Assembly: GCF_963921235.1 (NCBI RefSeq)
Contig: NC_086097.1
Span: 152,150,001-152,214,000, forward strand
DNA length: 64,000 nucleotides
From: Mobula hypostoma
Taxonomy: Eukaryota
Direction of reading: 5' to 3'
Every line of letters begins with the position of its first letter. Within the stretch, counting starts at the first letter, position 1. This document shows, piece by piece, positions 12,404 through 25,560 of this stretch. Under the pieces are notes generated by a model that searched no databases, was not told the origin of the DNA, and was given only the letters and a program-made list of their open reading frames with translations. The translations under genes and the position numbers were made by a program.

Positions 12404-15400
12404 TCAATGCATTTGTAAAAATATAGTGATATATCTCAATAGGGGGATAGCCGTAGCACTCTTTCCCCCCGATGCTACATAGGCCAGCCTAACTGGGGGC
12501 CTCCCGATCCTTTGAGACCTCCTTACCCTGTCATCTACATCTTCAGGTTGTGACACTCTGTTGGATGCTGCTGGTCTATATGGTGAGGCCACCCCCAGCC
12601 TATCACACATGCCCTCCTGCAACTCTGATCCCTCTGCCACTTGGCTGAACCCCGTTCCATCACCTGCCTGAGTGTGAGAAGGGTTGGACACCTCTTCCTC
12701 AATCAGTGGGGAGTTAGCAAAAGGCAGCATATACCACACCTCCATTTCCTCCGAATCCATATCCCATTCAGGGGCGGGGGGCAGTCTAATCTTTCCTACT
12801 GTTGGTCCTTCAGTCACTCCGCATCACTGTATGGTCCTCTTACTAGGTGTAGGCTCCAGGTCGGGCTCTGGATCAAGCCGCACCTCTTGTCCCAGAGGCA
12901 GAAGGTGGTTCCAATGGAGAATCTTGACAGACCCATTCCCATCCTCTGGTTTCACCCAGAAAACTGGTACGTTTGGCATCTGGCTCTCCACTACATAGTG
13001 CATAGCCGCCCAGCCGTCAGCCAGCTTATGCTTCCCAGTCAGCGCCAAATTTCTTACAAAGGACTTGGTCTCCCAGCATGAGTTGGGAGAAACTAACCTT
13101 TTGATCATACCTCCTCTTATTTCTTTGATTCTCCTTGGCAGCCACCACCTCAGCTAATTCATAAGCCTTTTTCAGCTCCCTTCTCATATCAGACACAAAC
13201 TTCAGATAAGTCTTTGGTGGTAGGTCTTCCTCGCCAGTCCTAAAACGAAGGTCGATGGGCAACCTCGCCTTGCACCCGAACATCAGATAATATGGCAAGT
13301 ACCTGGTAACTTCATTTCACGTACAGTTGTAGCAGTGGACCAGATGTCCAATATGTTGACTCCACTTGTTCTTGCTGATTTGCAATGTTCTAAGCATGTC
13401 TAGTAAGGTCTGATTAAACCTTCTGGGCTGGGATCACCCTGCAGGTGATAAGGCATAGTCCTTGACTTCTCGACTCCAAGCATGCTCAGTAAATTATGTA
13501 TGAGCCTACTCTGGAAATCCTGTCCCTGATCATTATGTATTCCTGCGGGGAGGCTGTAATAAGTGAAATACTTCTCCCATAATACTTTGGCCACCGTGCA
13601 TGCCCTCAGATCCTTGGTAGGGAAAGCTTGCACATTATCTGGTGTAGCGATCCGTAATGACCAGGACATTCGTCATGTTGCTGGTATCTGGCTCTGTTGA
13701 CAGGAAATCCAGACACACCAGGTCAAGGGGCCCCGCACTCTGAAAATGGGACAATGGAGCAGCCCTCGTGTGCAGTGTTTCGTCCGTATGCACGACCTAC
13801 TGTATTCTTCAACCTTTGGCTTCATTCGGGGCCAGTAAAACTGGTGTCTGAGCCATCTATAGGCCTTTTCAACCCCCAAGTGGCCAGAATCATGATGAAG
13901 TGACTTCAACACAATCCTCCGATACTTCTCAGGCAGAACCAGCTGGGAACGCCGAAGCCAGTTCAGAAGTGAAGTGACCCAGTATGGGATCTGGTTCTGC
14001 AGCTCCAATCTGGGCCACTCTCTCAGTAATTGAGACACCGCTGTGTATTTCGTCCTCTCCACTTGGGCACTGTCTCCCTTTTCGTCCACTGACCAAGTGA
14101 TACCAATGCCCAGGTCATCATACTGAGCAGCTGCCACTTCCCCAGGACTCGATTCTGGCAATTGGTTTGCTCCAGTGTAGTCAGGTTACAGTAAGCTTGT
14201 AGAATGGCACTATCAGAAGCTCCCGATTGATCCACCGCTCGATCCTGTCCAGTCCTTCCCTTCCCTCTGCCTTCACCGTAATAGAAAACTGGCACATGGC
14301 TTCCACTCCCAGGGCAGCATCCTCTCCTACTCTTCATCCCTCTCCAGGCCTTCATGCACATGTCAGGACAAAGCATCAGCACTGGTGGTTTGCAAAAGCC
14401 AGTACAGGCACTTGTGTCAGCAGCTCCTTCAGCGACTGAAAGGCCTCTTCTCATTTTGCATCCCACCTCGCTCCAAAAAGCTCTGAAGGACTAAGATAAT
14501 CCTTACCCTCCTCTCCTTTTGGCCTTCTCCCTTTCTTCCCCCAAGGGAGGGTAACCACACGGAAGATGATTTAAAGGGAGGCTCACTTTCGCATAACGCT
14601 TCATGAACATCTGATCGTAACCACAGAACCCAAGGAACGAGCGCAAAGCGCTCACATTCAGAGGCCTTGGCCACGTGGTCACCGCCTCTATCTTAGATGG
14701 ATCTGTAGTTACTCCATCCTGTGAGACTTTGTCTCCAACATAGCGGACAGACATCTTGCAGAACTGGCACTTGTCCAGGGAAGGTTTTAAGCCTTCAGCT
14801 TTCAGGCGGCCCAGAACCTTCAGTAGCCTCGCTTCATGTTCCTCCAAGGTGGGTTCAAACACTATGAGGTCATCCAGATACAGCAATACCTCAAGCAAGT
14901 TCATATCCCCCATCGTTTCTCTATGACCCGCTGGACGGTTGCAGGGGCTCCCGATATGCCCTGTGGCATCTTTACGAACTGGAAGAATCCCAGTGGACAT
15001 TTAAATGGCGCCTTCTCTTTGTCAGCCTCACTCATGGGGATCTGGTAATATCCACTCCTCAAGTGCAGCATACTGAACCACTTTGCACCATTCAGATAGG
15101 CCAGCACATCTTTGGTCCTCGGGATCATATACTGGTCAGGGACAGTGTGCCCGTTCAGAGTCCTACAGTCCACCCACATTTGTACTTTCCCATTCTTCTT
15201 CTTGGCCACTACTATTGGGGATGCATTAGGCCTTCTGGACTCAGTGATGATCGCAGTTTTCTTCAGCTTCTACAAATGATGCCAAACGTCTTCCACCTCT
15301 GCAGGAGACAGTCACCACGACTTTCCTCTGAACGGGGTGTCAGCAGTTAACTTTCCGTTTTTTGAAGAGAGATTCTCCCTAGATTGAATCACAGGGTCAC

Positions 15401-16260
15401 TAGACATTATTGTCATTGGGAAGAGATGCACCAGGGGCTTCACCTGCTCGAAGGCGACCTCCCTCTTCATAGTGTTCCTGGCAATCACTGCCATCCTGCT
15501 CGCCTGTACAACCGAGGGCTTCTGCGGTTCAGGCCTCACCAGTCCCCCAGCAGGTAGGCCCAGCTTGTCTTTGTGATCTTCCAGAGCATCCACCAAGAGG
15601 GCCTAGGCCTCAGGCATTCTGGGAAATTTGGGGTCTCCCATCACTCTCGTAACTTCCCTGGGCCGTAAAATGTTTGGCTTGGACTGAGTGAACCACAAGT
15701 CCCTCGTGTAAGCTCATTATCTGGCCTAACACCGCCAAGCACTTCCTCAAAACTAGCTCGAAACACCGGGTGAACAGTCAATGTTTTCAGAAGGCTCTCG
15801 CCAGCCTTCTTGCAGATCCCAATGATCCTCCTCACAACAGGAGTATTGGTCCCCACAAGAATTAAAACGCCGCCCTTCTTAGTGGGGTCCGGACAAACCA
15901 GCAGTAATATATCAAGCACCTCAGCCACTCCCATGTTGGCCTCCGAAAACTCCAGCTTCACTGACAAATAACCATCGTACGGATTATCATCCGCACTAAG
16001 ACCCCAGATCTCTAGTGCACTGAGTGGTGTCAATGGTAAGTATATCAGATACAGGTTCTAAAACAAATGGTACAGCAAAGTGACCTGTGACCCTGTGTCA
16101 AATATGGTTCTACCATAAATACCCTCCATCCATAATGATACACTGGAGCTTGGCCTTACTAAGCCTTCAGGAATAGGGCTCTTTGCTTTAGGGTGTTCCT
16201 TAATAAATTGCTGAAAACTTGTTTTCCCCTCCCCACCCCGAGAAGCCAGGCCGTTCTCTC
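12404..16260 (-). pseudogene. pol: Gypsy pol remnant (PR-RT-[RH deleted]-IN)
   Basis: Fragmented ORFs 15641-16033, 14901-15209, 14503-15000, 13673-14161, 13400-13669, 13026-13298 and 12824-13108 carry recognisable PR, RT and IN motifs. Confidence 0.9.
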
Positions 16261-16269
16261 ACTGGGTCT

Positions 16270-17680
16270 CTTCTAAGTTTCCCGATATCTCTCTCTGTTT
16301 AGGCACCTGGGGGCTCACTCTCCGAAGGGTTTCCCTTGTTCACACTCCCACCTGAAGTGTTCCTCTTTGCCACAGTTATAGCAGACAATCCCAGCCGCTC
16401 CCCTTCTTGCAGGACCCCGGCTGCTAGCAGTCCTCTGCGTAGGTCATCTCGTTAGGGGGTCTGCCTCCCTATCAGCTTCAGCATACGGGGGGGTGGCGGG
16501 GGAGAGCCACACACCCTGATAACAACCGGGACATCTCAGTTCTCAACTCTGCCACCATCTCCTTTACCACTCCCCGGGGTGGATTCTCAGTGGTCACTCG
16601 ACACAGGGAGCTACTACCGAGGACTGAGCCCTGCTGATGGAGCCACCCCCGCACCTCCAATGTGCGGGCCTCCTCTCGTACCTCAACAAATGAGGGAAGG
16701 GGACACATCTTGCAAGAGAGTCGGAGACCCTAAGCAATTAGTTCCTGGGACTGGGTGCCTTTCGCTAATTGGTCCATTTTTAGCTGATCCACCTCAGCCG
16801 CCTGAATGGCCGCTCGATGCCATAAGCAATTTAGTTGCCTCTTTAGCTGAAAAACGTAGGCTGAAAGCTTCTCCCCCTTCATCTGACACATGTTCTGAAA
16901 CCCCATCATGAGCTCCATTGGGCTTCCCGTCACGCCACACACCTTCTCTAGTGCTTGCATGTGGGTCGCAGAAGTGGCAAGGGGGTTCTGTGCCTTTACA
17001 GCTCTCACTGCGTCAACAGCTTGCCCACTCAAACTCTCAACCAATCGAAGTTGTTTCACATCATCAGAGCACTGCCATAACTGAGAGGTCTGCTCCAGCC
17101 AAGACTCATACTCCTCTTCCCTCTCAGGGGTGGGCTTCAGCCCAGAGAACATTCTCAGCTTTCGAAAGCTAGGACCCTCTGTCTGGGCACTGGGCCATTT
17201 ATTCGCCAGGGAGGTAAGGGCTGATACCAACTCAGAAGTCCCACTCTTCGCTGGGGGCCTTATTAGACATTCTAAATCAGACCAATCCTTCCCCTCGCTC
17301 CACAGAAATGGAAGCAACCTGTCTTTGAAGTCTCCGCCCCCAGCTATGGGAAATTCGGCTTGTGATTGGTTCCGCTGTCCTACACTCTCCTCCTCCCGGA
17401 AAGTATGGACAGCCCACAGCCACCTCTCCCAGGGCCCCATTAGTACCAGGCAGTTCCACTGCCATTATGTCAGCACTAGTCTGGACCAAAACAAAGTCTT
17501 CTCCTGCCATTTTATCAACCCTCCGCTCCACAATCGTAGCCTTTCCTATGGCTTTAACAGTACCTAAAGTTTGAATTAACAATTCTTCAGGGAAACAAAT
17601 GTCTACCCCACTCAACACGCATGCATTCGTTGCCAGTAACCCTATGGATTCGCACCACCACTTACCCCTGCAGCATCCAT
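16270..17680 (-). pseudogene. gag: Gypsy gag remnant, PNMA/Ma-antigen-like
   Basis: N-terminal WCESIGLLATNACVLSGV...VLVQTSADI, capsid-like RKLRMFSG...RLVESLSGQA, and a CX2CX4HX4C knuckle near 16345-16390. Frameshifted. Confidence 0.85.
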
Positions 17681-17786
17681 AACCACATATTATAATTACT
17701 TTACCAGACAATAGTTTAGCACAGACTTAAACACACAACCCACTGGATCAATGCACAGAGTAATCACACAGCATCCAATGAAACCG

Positions 17787-17805
17787 ATTCCGGATGATAC
17801 CCCCA
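17787..17805 (-). promoter_or_regulatory. Primer-binding site, tRNA-Pro-like
   Basis: The minus strand reads TGGGGGTATCATCCGGAAT, 3 nt after the 5' LTR, resembling the tRNA-Pro PBS TGGGGGCTCGTCCGGGAT. Confidence 0.7.
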
Positions 17806-17808
17806 CAA

Positions 17809-18410
17809 TGAAACACTCTGGTTCTGTCAGTTGCATAAGTCTCGGGAAGACAATCTCCGGCCCTGCCAAACGTGTGAGATTGAGGTGTAAGCTCACCCCA
17901 AAGCCCCCTGTTTGTGTGGATGCTTTGTGATTCGTTACCCTGTTACAACCAAGTGCCAGGAAATAACAGGTAGTACACCACATACAATTAAACGATTTAG
18001 CTTTATAATTCTTAATTTGACTAAAGGGTTAGTAAAGAGAGAACAAAAAACAAGAAGAGGATCCATTTTAATGAAACAGTCTAATGCGCACAAGTTGTAC
18101 CTCATGGTTTCCCCTTTGCCGATCCTCCTTCAATCTCACCCCAGCCTTCTTTGAATCATGGCCCTGCTCTGGGTCAAATCCTACAACCTCTTCTCTCCTG
18201 TGTGTTCTCTCTTCATCTCCTTAACAAAAGCCCCAAGCCCAACCTTAGTGTCCCTCACCAGAGAAACCTCCTCTTAATCCGGCCATCCTAATTGGGTGGT
18301 ACACAATTCTCATCTTCAACAGTAACCCAAACAAGCGCTTGCAGAGAACAGAACAAATGAAATACAGAACAGCATAACAGTAAAAAAAAATGAACCAGGG
18401 CATTATTACA
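17809..18410 (-). repeat. Gypsy 5' LTR
   Basis: TG...CA termini with imperfect terminal inverted repeats (TGAAACACTCTGGTTC / GAACCAGGGCATTATTACA); adjacent to the PBS. Confidence 0.9.
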
Positions 18411-19114
18411 TAATCTCAAGTGAGATGTTTGTTTATGATTATACAACACTTAATTATCTAACCTAATCTAATCTCCTCAGAGAACAAAATAGTCTAGGCC
18501 TTCACACTGCAAATCTCAATAACATTTAGGTGTGGGAGGATAAGTGGCAGGTAACATTTATGTTCATTTCTACAAAAGAAGATTCCAGTCACCTCCCTTT
18601 GAGATTTAATGGTACTGAAGTGGCTTCGATTAACAAGCTGCAGTCATCCGGAAATGTATCAGGCATCTAAACATCGTAGCTACAAGATGTCAGAATCTCC
18701 TTCAGCAGAACTACCATGGGGACTCAAGAAAATAGTTTACATTATCTCTCCAAGATAATAACCATCAATCATGAGAAGGAATTTCTGTAGCATCTGTTTA
18801 CTGTCCCATCAAATAATTTCTTTCACCCATTTTGCACTACAATCCAAAGTGAATTTCAGTCCAAAGTGACGTCATATATTAAAGTAAGAGTGTAAAATAG
18901 ATGAGCAAAATAGCCTTAAAAAGTGGAAAGGGTAGAAAAGAATCTTGAGCATTGTCAGCACATTTTGGAAAAACCAGAGCTAGGTCATTCAGATGTGAAA
19001 TTTGGAAACAATTTTTGTATGCTGATGGGAATTTGGAAATGACAGGCTGAAAATGCAGAGGTACCTGACTTGATGGTTGTTGTTGAAAGTAGTATTAAAG
19101 AGAAGAAAATATAG

Positions 19115-19400
19115 AAATTAGCTTTATTTGTGTAAACTACACCAAACCATCAAAATATATACGTCATTTGCATCAATGACCTACAAAGTCCAAAGATATG
19201 CTGGGGCAGGCCGCATGTTGCCATTCTTCAGGCATCAACGTAGCATGCCCAAAGTTAACTAATCCTGACCCTAATCCGTGTGTTTTTGAAATGTGCAAGG
19301 AAACTGGAACACCTGGATGAAACCCACTCAGTCACGGGGAGAGCATACAAAGTTCTTACAGACAATGGCACTGTAAAGCATTGTACTAAATGCTGCACTG
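19115..19400 (-). mobile_element. Degenerate V-domain SINE
   Basis: ggaaactggaacacctggatgaaacccac...ggggagagcatacaaag is the reverse complement of the V-SINE central domain; similar to 36183-36400. Confidence 0.65.
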
Positions 19401-20424
19401 TTTAATTGAATTGCAATAATACAGCTATATTTCTAGTATTTCTTTGAAAGTCTGGCTTCAAGAATAACATAACCGAGGAACATAGGATTAAGTTGAGAAG
19501 TACAAGTAGACCATCTGACTCCTCAAGTCTTCTCTACTATTCTAGTCATTCTCTGTGGCTCTATTCTCTTGCAGATAGATATGCATTGACATACAAAATA
19601 TAGCAGGACTTTTTAATGGCTAGAAGAAAACTATGACACTGTTAACATTTATTAAAAATGAGAACTTCCAGTTCCAGCATATGGAATAGTATAAAAATAA
19701 TAATTTTATTTAACTTCTAAAGGTTTACTTTTTGTAAAGCAGTAATATTTGTGAGCACATAGTCAGAGGTAATGGTAAAAACCAACTTGTAAATTAAACT
19801 TAACTCACAGCTTTCTTTTTAAACATTGAAAACACTTGCTTCTATTTCAGTCCAGTGGAATCCAAGCTGCTGATAGGCCAAAGTGAGACTCAAACAGTAC
19901 ATGATGCGCAAGACAGTTGAGTAAACTGGTAGGACATGTGGGCTTTCAATAGCTTATGCGAGGTTTCTGTCTGCTCCCAATAAAGACTCAATGTCACCCT
20001 AAATGCCCCTTCTCTGTTTTTATCAGTTTTGGCTGACTAACATTTCACTTCCAATTTTCTGGATATTTTAATAATCAATTAGATCTTGTAAATGTTTAGA
20101 TTTTAACTGATTGGTGATAGCTTTTCAACAGTCTTTGAATACACATGCGTATATCACTTTTTCAGATGCAGATTTAAAATCTCAAGGAAAAACTTTAGGA
20201 ATTGAACCAAACCATTTTAGTGTCACTTTAAACTGATCAAAATCTCCTTTGTTATACCAATTAATGTGCTTGCAGTTTTGTTATTTAGATTTGTTAATTG
20301 ATAGGTCTAATGGATCATTAACGGAAATGTTCTGGCCATCAAACACTATCTTTCAATAATTAACTCTCCCCTGACTCCCCACCTAATTAATTCCTAAAGC
20401 AGAACACAGCATGGATGATAATAA

Positions 20425-20900
20425 GACCATAAAATAGAGGAGCAGAAGTAGGCCATTCAGCCCATCAAGTCTGATCTGCCATTCAATCATGGCTAATCCA
20501 ATTCTTCCAATCATCCCCACTCCCCTACTTTCTCCCCATACCCTTTGATGCCCTGGCTAATCAAGAACCTATCTATCTCTGCCTTAAATGCATCCAATGA
20601 CTTGACCTCTACAGCTGCTCGTGGCAACAAATTCCATAGATTTACCACTCTCTGACTAAAGTAATTTCTCTGCATCTCTATTCTAAATAGACGTCCTTCA
20701 ATTCTGAAGTCGTGCCCTCTTGTCCTAGGCTCCCCTACCATGGGAAATAACTTTGCCATATCTAATCTGTTCAGGCATTTTAACAGTCGGAACGTTTCTA
20801 TGAGATCTCTTTCATTCTCCTGAAGTCCAAGGCATGCAGCCCAAGAGCTACCAGACATTCCTCATACAGTAACCCTTTCATTCCTGGAAATATTCTCATA
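20425..20900 (-). mobile_element. CR1 3' fragment
   Basis: DLIETFRLLK...TRGHDFRIEG...FSQRVVNLWNLLP, then a CR1 3' UTR (gaatgg...ggcctacttctgctcct). Confidence 0.88.
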
Positions 20901-21049
20901 AGTAAACAAGAAAAATTTGACAATACTTTTCCATCCATCCGATTGTGTTACTTCCAGTAAGATGGTGACGAGTTTGGACGTAGTGGCCTTTCGGGTCCAA
21001 CCAAAGGTTTTTTTTTTACAAAGGTTGGACGAGTAACGCCTTATATTCT

Positions 21050-21490
21050 ATCAGGGTAACCTCTAACCCATGGCATGAACATTGATTTCTCAGACTTCTG
21101 GAAATGCCCATCCCCGCCATTCCCCATTCCTGTTTCCCTCTCTCACCTTATCTCCTTACCTGCCCATCACCTCCATGTGGCGCTCCCCCTACCTCCCCTT
21201 TCTTCCATAGTCTTCTGTCTTATATTAGATTCCTCCTCCTCCAGACCTTTATCTCTTTCACCAGTCCACTTCCCAGATTTCAACTTCACCCCCTTCTCCC
21301 AGTTTCACTTATCACCTCCCCTCCCCCTACCTTCTTACAGACTTCTCCTCTTCATTTCCAGTCCTGAAGAAGGGACTAACCCTAAAATGTCGACCGTTTA
21401 CTTTATTCCATAGATGCTGCCTGGCCTGCTGGGGTCCTCCAGCATTTTGTATGTGTTGCTTTGGATTTCCAGCATCTACAGATCTTCTCA
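21050..21490 (+). mobile_element. Penelope-like element 3' fragment with degenerate hammerhead (21360-21394)
   Basis: GMNIDFS ORF terminus as at 42150-42178, a pyrimidine-rich UTR, then AGTC CTGAAGA AGGG ACTAA CCCT AAAAT GTC GAC (GAAA box mutated). Confidence 0.8.
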
Positions 21491-21494
21491 CCTT

Positions 21495-22192
21495 TTTTTT
21501 CTTTACTAAATGTCTTTTTAATGATCGCAAGACCATACTGGACTCCAATACTGCAGGTCTACCTCATCAATGAGCTGCTCGTTGATTGGAGGAACTAGAC
21601 GGGGTGTTGAAGGAGCCAGGCTGAGTTTGGAGGTGCTGGACTGGGTGCAGACTGTGTTGCTGCCTGCTACAGGAAGGCATTGAAGGCTTCAAAGTTGGTG
21701 CGTGAAGGCGGCATGCAGTATAATCATGGGTGATTGTTGTAGACATTTCTCTTGTGATCGCAAGACCCTGCTGGACAGGGATAATGTAAGATGTTGCAGG
21801 CTTGTTACCCTTATTTAGTGACAAGACAGGTAGCAGGGAAGCTGCATAGCCTCGGTTGTAGCAGGGTCTAGGCCTCATGCCACAGGTTTGCCTGCTCCTA
21901 CAGTCCAGGCGAGGAGAAGCCGGAGACGGTGTAGCACAGTGTCCATGCTCAGATAGGGGGCTGGCCTCTGCCATCAGTGATGGAATAACAGGCTGGATTG
22001 CAGTGGCTGTGCACTTTCGAGAACTGCACCGTCAATTGGTGGGCCAGGTCGGTCAGGGACTTGGGCTAGGCATATGTTTTCTTATGCTACAATGTTCTTT
22101 TCGCTCATCCAGAGGAACGCAGTTTTGTTTGGCACTATTCATGTATGCTTAAATGATAATTAATCTTGAATTTGATTTGATTTTGATTTGAA
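21495..22192 (+). mobile_element. Unclassified non-coding interspersed repeat ending in (TTGA)-type tail
   Basis: GC-richer block with an internal repeat of gatcgcaagacc and a tail ttgaatttgatttgattttgatttgaa. It probably begins near 20958 and is split by the PLE fragment. Confidence 0.4.
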
Positions 22193-23474
22193 TTATCCAT
22201 ATAAAAAGTACAATGACTTAGGTCCCCTCGTATGACCTCCTCTTCCTAGATGAGAGCGATGAGACTGTGACTTAATTTTCTCTCGAGTAAGTTTTATAAT
22301 CTCAACAGGTTCACTCTGATCCCAAAAGCAGGTTGCTTGCCAATTGATAACTGGCCTTAATGATTTCATGAAAGTCATATGAACAAATTTCTGTACTGAG
22401 ATCAGTGGTTTCATTTATACCATGGGCCAGTCTGATCGCAGGAGAGGCAAGTTTCCTGAAGCCTGACCCTCTTGAAATGGTATCTCTCGATTCTGTTTCC
22501 ACAGTATCTTATAGTGAATCTGATCCACCCAAATGTAACTTTATATCTAAATCTCAGTGGATGGGGAGACAAGGTCATAGAATAGTGATGAAATATATTT
22601 AACCTTAAATTCCAAGAAATGCAACCAGACTAATTTTAAAAAGTTAACTTTTGCAGAAGTAGGGACTTTCTAAGCCAGTTCTGTTTCTGATACTCTCTTT
22701 TATATAGTGCTGCCCAGAGGCCACAGACCTATCAAAATTCGGACAACAATTTTCTTGACGGCTCTTATTCTGTCTAGAATTTCATGGACTTGAACATGAA
22801 ATGCTTCTTTGAGGTTTCTGCCACATTTTAGAAGCTGGGCTCCTGTTTAATAGTGAATGAATATTCAGCCACTGATGTACACTGTCAGTCTAAGGTCATT
22901 TGTCATGGCTGCTGGCAGACTTCCATATGCACACAGGAATAAATCTGAGTCATGTCTTTTATTCTGACAAGAATGTCAGTGTTATTTATCACAGTCTTGT
23001 TTAGTGGCTCAATTGGAGTATCTCTGCTCCTGCAAGGCACCATAAGGTGTCAGCACATGTTCCTGGTGGCTACATCACAACAACTCTTAATATTGGACAG
23101 GACGATTGGAAAGTACTGCACATTCCTATTTTTTTTCTTTTTTCTGAATTTTCTAGCCAAAAGGCAGTGTCAAATTTAATCTGCCATTTCAGGTGGACAT
23201 CAAAAACCTAAGGGCACTATGTCCAAAAAAAATGAGATGCATTTTTTTCAGTACTTTTAACATTATGTAGTCCTTCACCAACAAAATTAAAATATCTAGT
23301 ACAGTATATTTAGACAGTAAGTTTGTGAGAGTTTGCTGAGCTTGAATTAGCCATTGTTTTTCCTTCATTGCAACAGAAAGTACATTAAAAAAAAAATGGT
23401 TCTAGACTGCGATGTACTGAAATTGTGAGCACATCTACACAGAGCGCTGTCGCAGGGAAGTAGCATCCATTATA

Positions 23475-25560
23475 AGACTATAAGATATAGGTGCAAAATT
23501 AGGCCATTTGCCCCATCGAGTCTGCTCCACCATTTCATCATGGATGACCCATCTCCCTCTCAGGTTCAATCTCCTGCCTTCTCCCCATATTCCTTCATGC
23601 CCTGACTTGTCAAAAATCTATTAACCTCTGCATTAAAAATATTTAGTGACTTAGCCTCCACAGCCATCTGTGGCAATAAATTCCTGTATCCCTTAGTACC
23701 CTGACCAATCAAGAATCTATTAACCTCTGCCTTAAATATACATACTTGTCCTCCAATCTTGCCTGTGGCAAAGAACTACACAGATTCACCACCCTCTGGC
23801 GAAAGAAATTCCTCCTCACCTCCATTCTAAAAGGATGCCCCTCTATTCTGAGGCTGTGTCCTCTGGTATTAGACTGTCTCACCATAGGAAACATCCTCTT
23901 TACATCTACTCTATCAAGGCTTTTCACAATTCGATAGGTTTCAATGAGGGCACCCTCATTCTTCTGAATTCTAGTGAATACAGGCCCAGAGCCATCAAAC
24001 ACTCTTCATATGACAAGTCATTTAATTCTGGAATTATTTTTGAGTACCTCCTTTGAACTCTTTCCAGTTTCAGCCTATACTTTTGAAGAAAACATGTGCA
24101 AAACTGCTCACAATACTCCAAGTGAAACCTCACCAGTGTTTTATAAAGTCTCAGCATTACATCCTTGCTTTTCCATTCTAGTATTCTTGAAATTAATGCA
24201 TTTGCCTAACTCACTATAGACTCAACCTGCAAAGTAACCTTTAGGGAACCCTGCACAAGGACTCCTAGGATCTGATACTTTCTAGGATATGGGGCGCAAA
24301 TCTGTTGCCAATATTCTAATGGCAGTCTGACTAGTGTCTTATAAAAGCTCAGCATTATCTCCTTGCTTTTATATTCTATTCCCCTTTGAAATAAATGCCA
24401 ACATTGCATTTGCCTTCTTTACCACAGACTCAACCTATAAATTAACCTTCTGGAAGTCTTGCACGAGGAATCCCAAGTCTGTCTGCAACTCTGATGTATG
24501 AACCTTTTCCCCATTTAGATAATAGTGCCCTCTATTGTTCCTTTTACCAAAATGCATCATCAAATCGTTGATATGTAATGTAAAAAGGATCGGTCCCAAC
24601 ACACACCCCGGTGGAATACCACTGGTCACTGGCAGCCAATCAGAAAGGGCTCCCTTTATTCTCATTCTTTGCTTCCTGCCAAACAGCCACTGTTTTATCC
24701 ATGCTAGAATGGTTACTGTAATACCATGAGCTCATAGCTCACTAAGCAGCCTCTTGTGTGGCACCTTGTCAAAGTCCTTCTGAAAATCCATGACACAACA
24801 TTAGCTGATTCTCCTTTGTCTATCCTGCTTGTTATTTCTTCAAGGAATTCCAATAAATTTTCCAGACAAGATTTTCCCTTGAGGAAACTATGCTAACTAT
24901 GGCCTATTTTATCACTTGTCTCCAAGTACCCCGAGAAATCATCCGTAATAATCGACTCCAACAACTTCTGAACCACTAAGGTCAGGCTAACTGGCCTATA
25001 GTTTCCCTTCTTCTGCTTCTCTCCCTTCATAAAAAATGGTGCGACATGTGCAATTTTCCAGTCTTCTGGAACCATTACAGAATCTAGTGATTCTTGAAAG
25101 ATTATTACTAATACCTCCACAATCTCTTCAGCCACCTCTTTCTGAAGCCTGGGATTTACACCATCAGGTCCAGGTTACTTACTTATCTTCAGGCCTTTTA
25201 ATTTCGTCAGACCCTTCTCCTGGGTAGTGGTAACTTCCCACACTTCATGACCCCTGACATCTCGAACTTCCACCACATTGCCAATGTCTTCCACAGTGAA
25301 GACTGATGCAAAATACTTAGTTCATTCACCATTTCCTTGTTCCTCATTACTACCTCTCCAGCATCATTTTCCAGCAGTCCAATATCCACTCTCACCTCTC
25401 TTCTACACTTTATGTATCTGAAGAAACTTTTGGTATCTTCTTTAGTATTATTGGCTAGCTTGCTTTCATATTCCATCTTTACCATCTTAATGACATTTTT
25501 ATTTGCCTTCTGTTGGTTTTAAAAAGTTTCCCAATCCTCTAACTTTCCACTAATTTTTGC
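23475..25560 (-). mobile_element. Older CR1 LINE, rearranged and degenerate
   Basis: LYKTLVRFHLEYCEQF, VTSGIPPGCVLGPILFTLHINDL, VPEDWKIAHVAPFF...GNYRPVSLT; the 3'-UTR segment and the LYKTLVR segment are each locally duplicated. Confidence 0.88.

Larger units (their letters stand above)
11739..18410 (-). mobile_element. Ty3/Gypsy LTR retrotransposon with two LTRs and PNMA-like gag; pseudogenised, RNase H core deleted
   Basis: LTR pair at 11739-12318 and 17809-18410. Minus-strand domain order: gag (FRKLRMFSG...EEEYESWLEQ; CYNCGKEEHFRWEC zinc knuckle), protease (DTGSQVT), RT (LLYLDDLIVF), integrase (HHDSGHLG, HNDQGQDF). Confidence 0.95.

Noticed and set aside
22193..23130. Short overlapping ORFs in non-repeat-looking DNA (possible exon, old integrase or endogenous viral fragment)
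   Set aside because: I could not identify any motif with confidence, and all frames are interrupted by stops.
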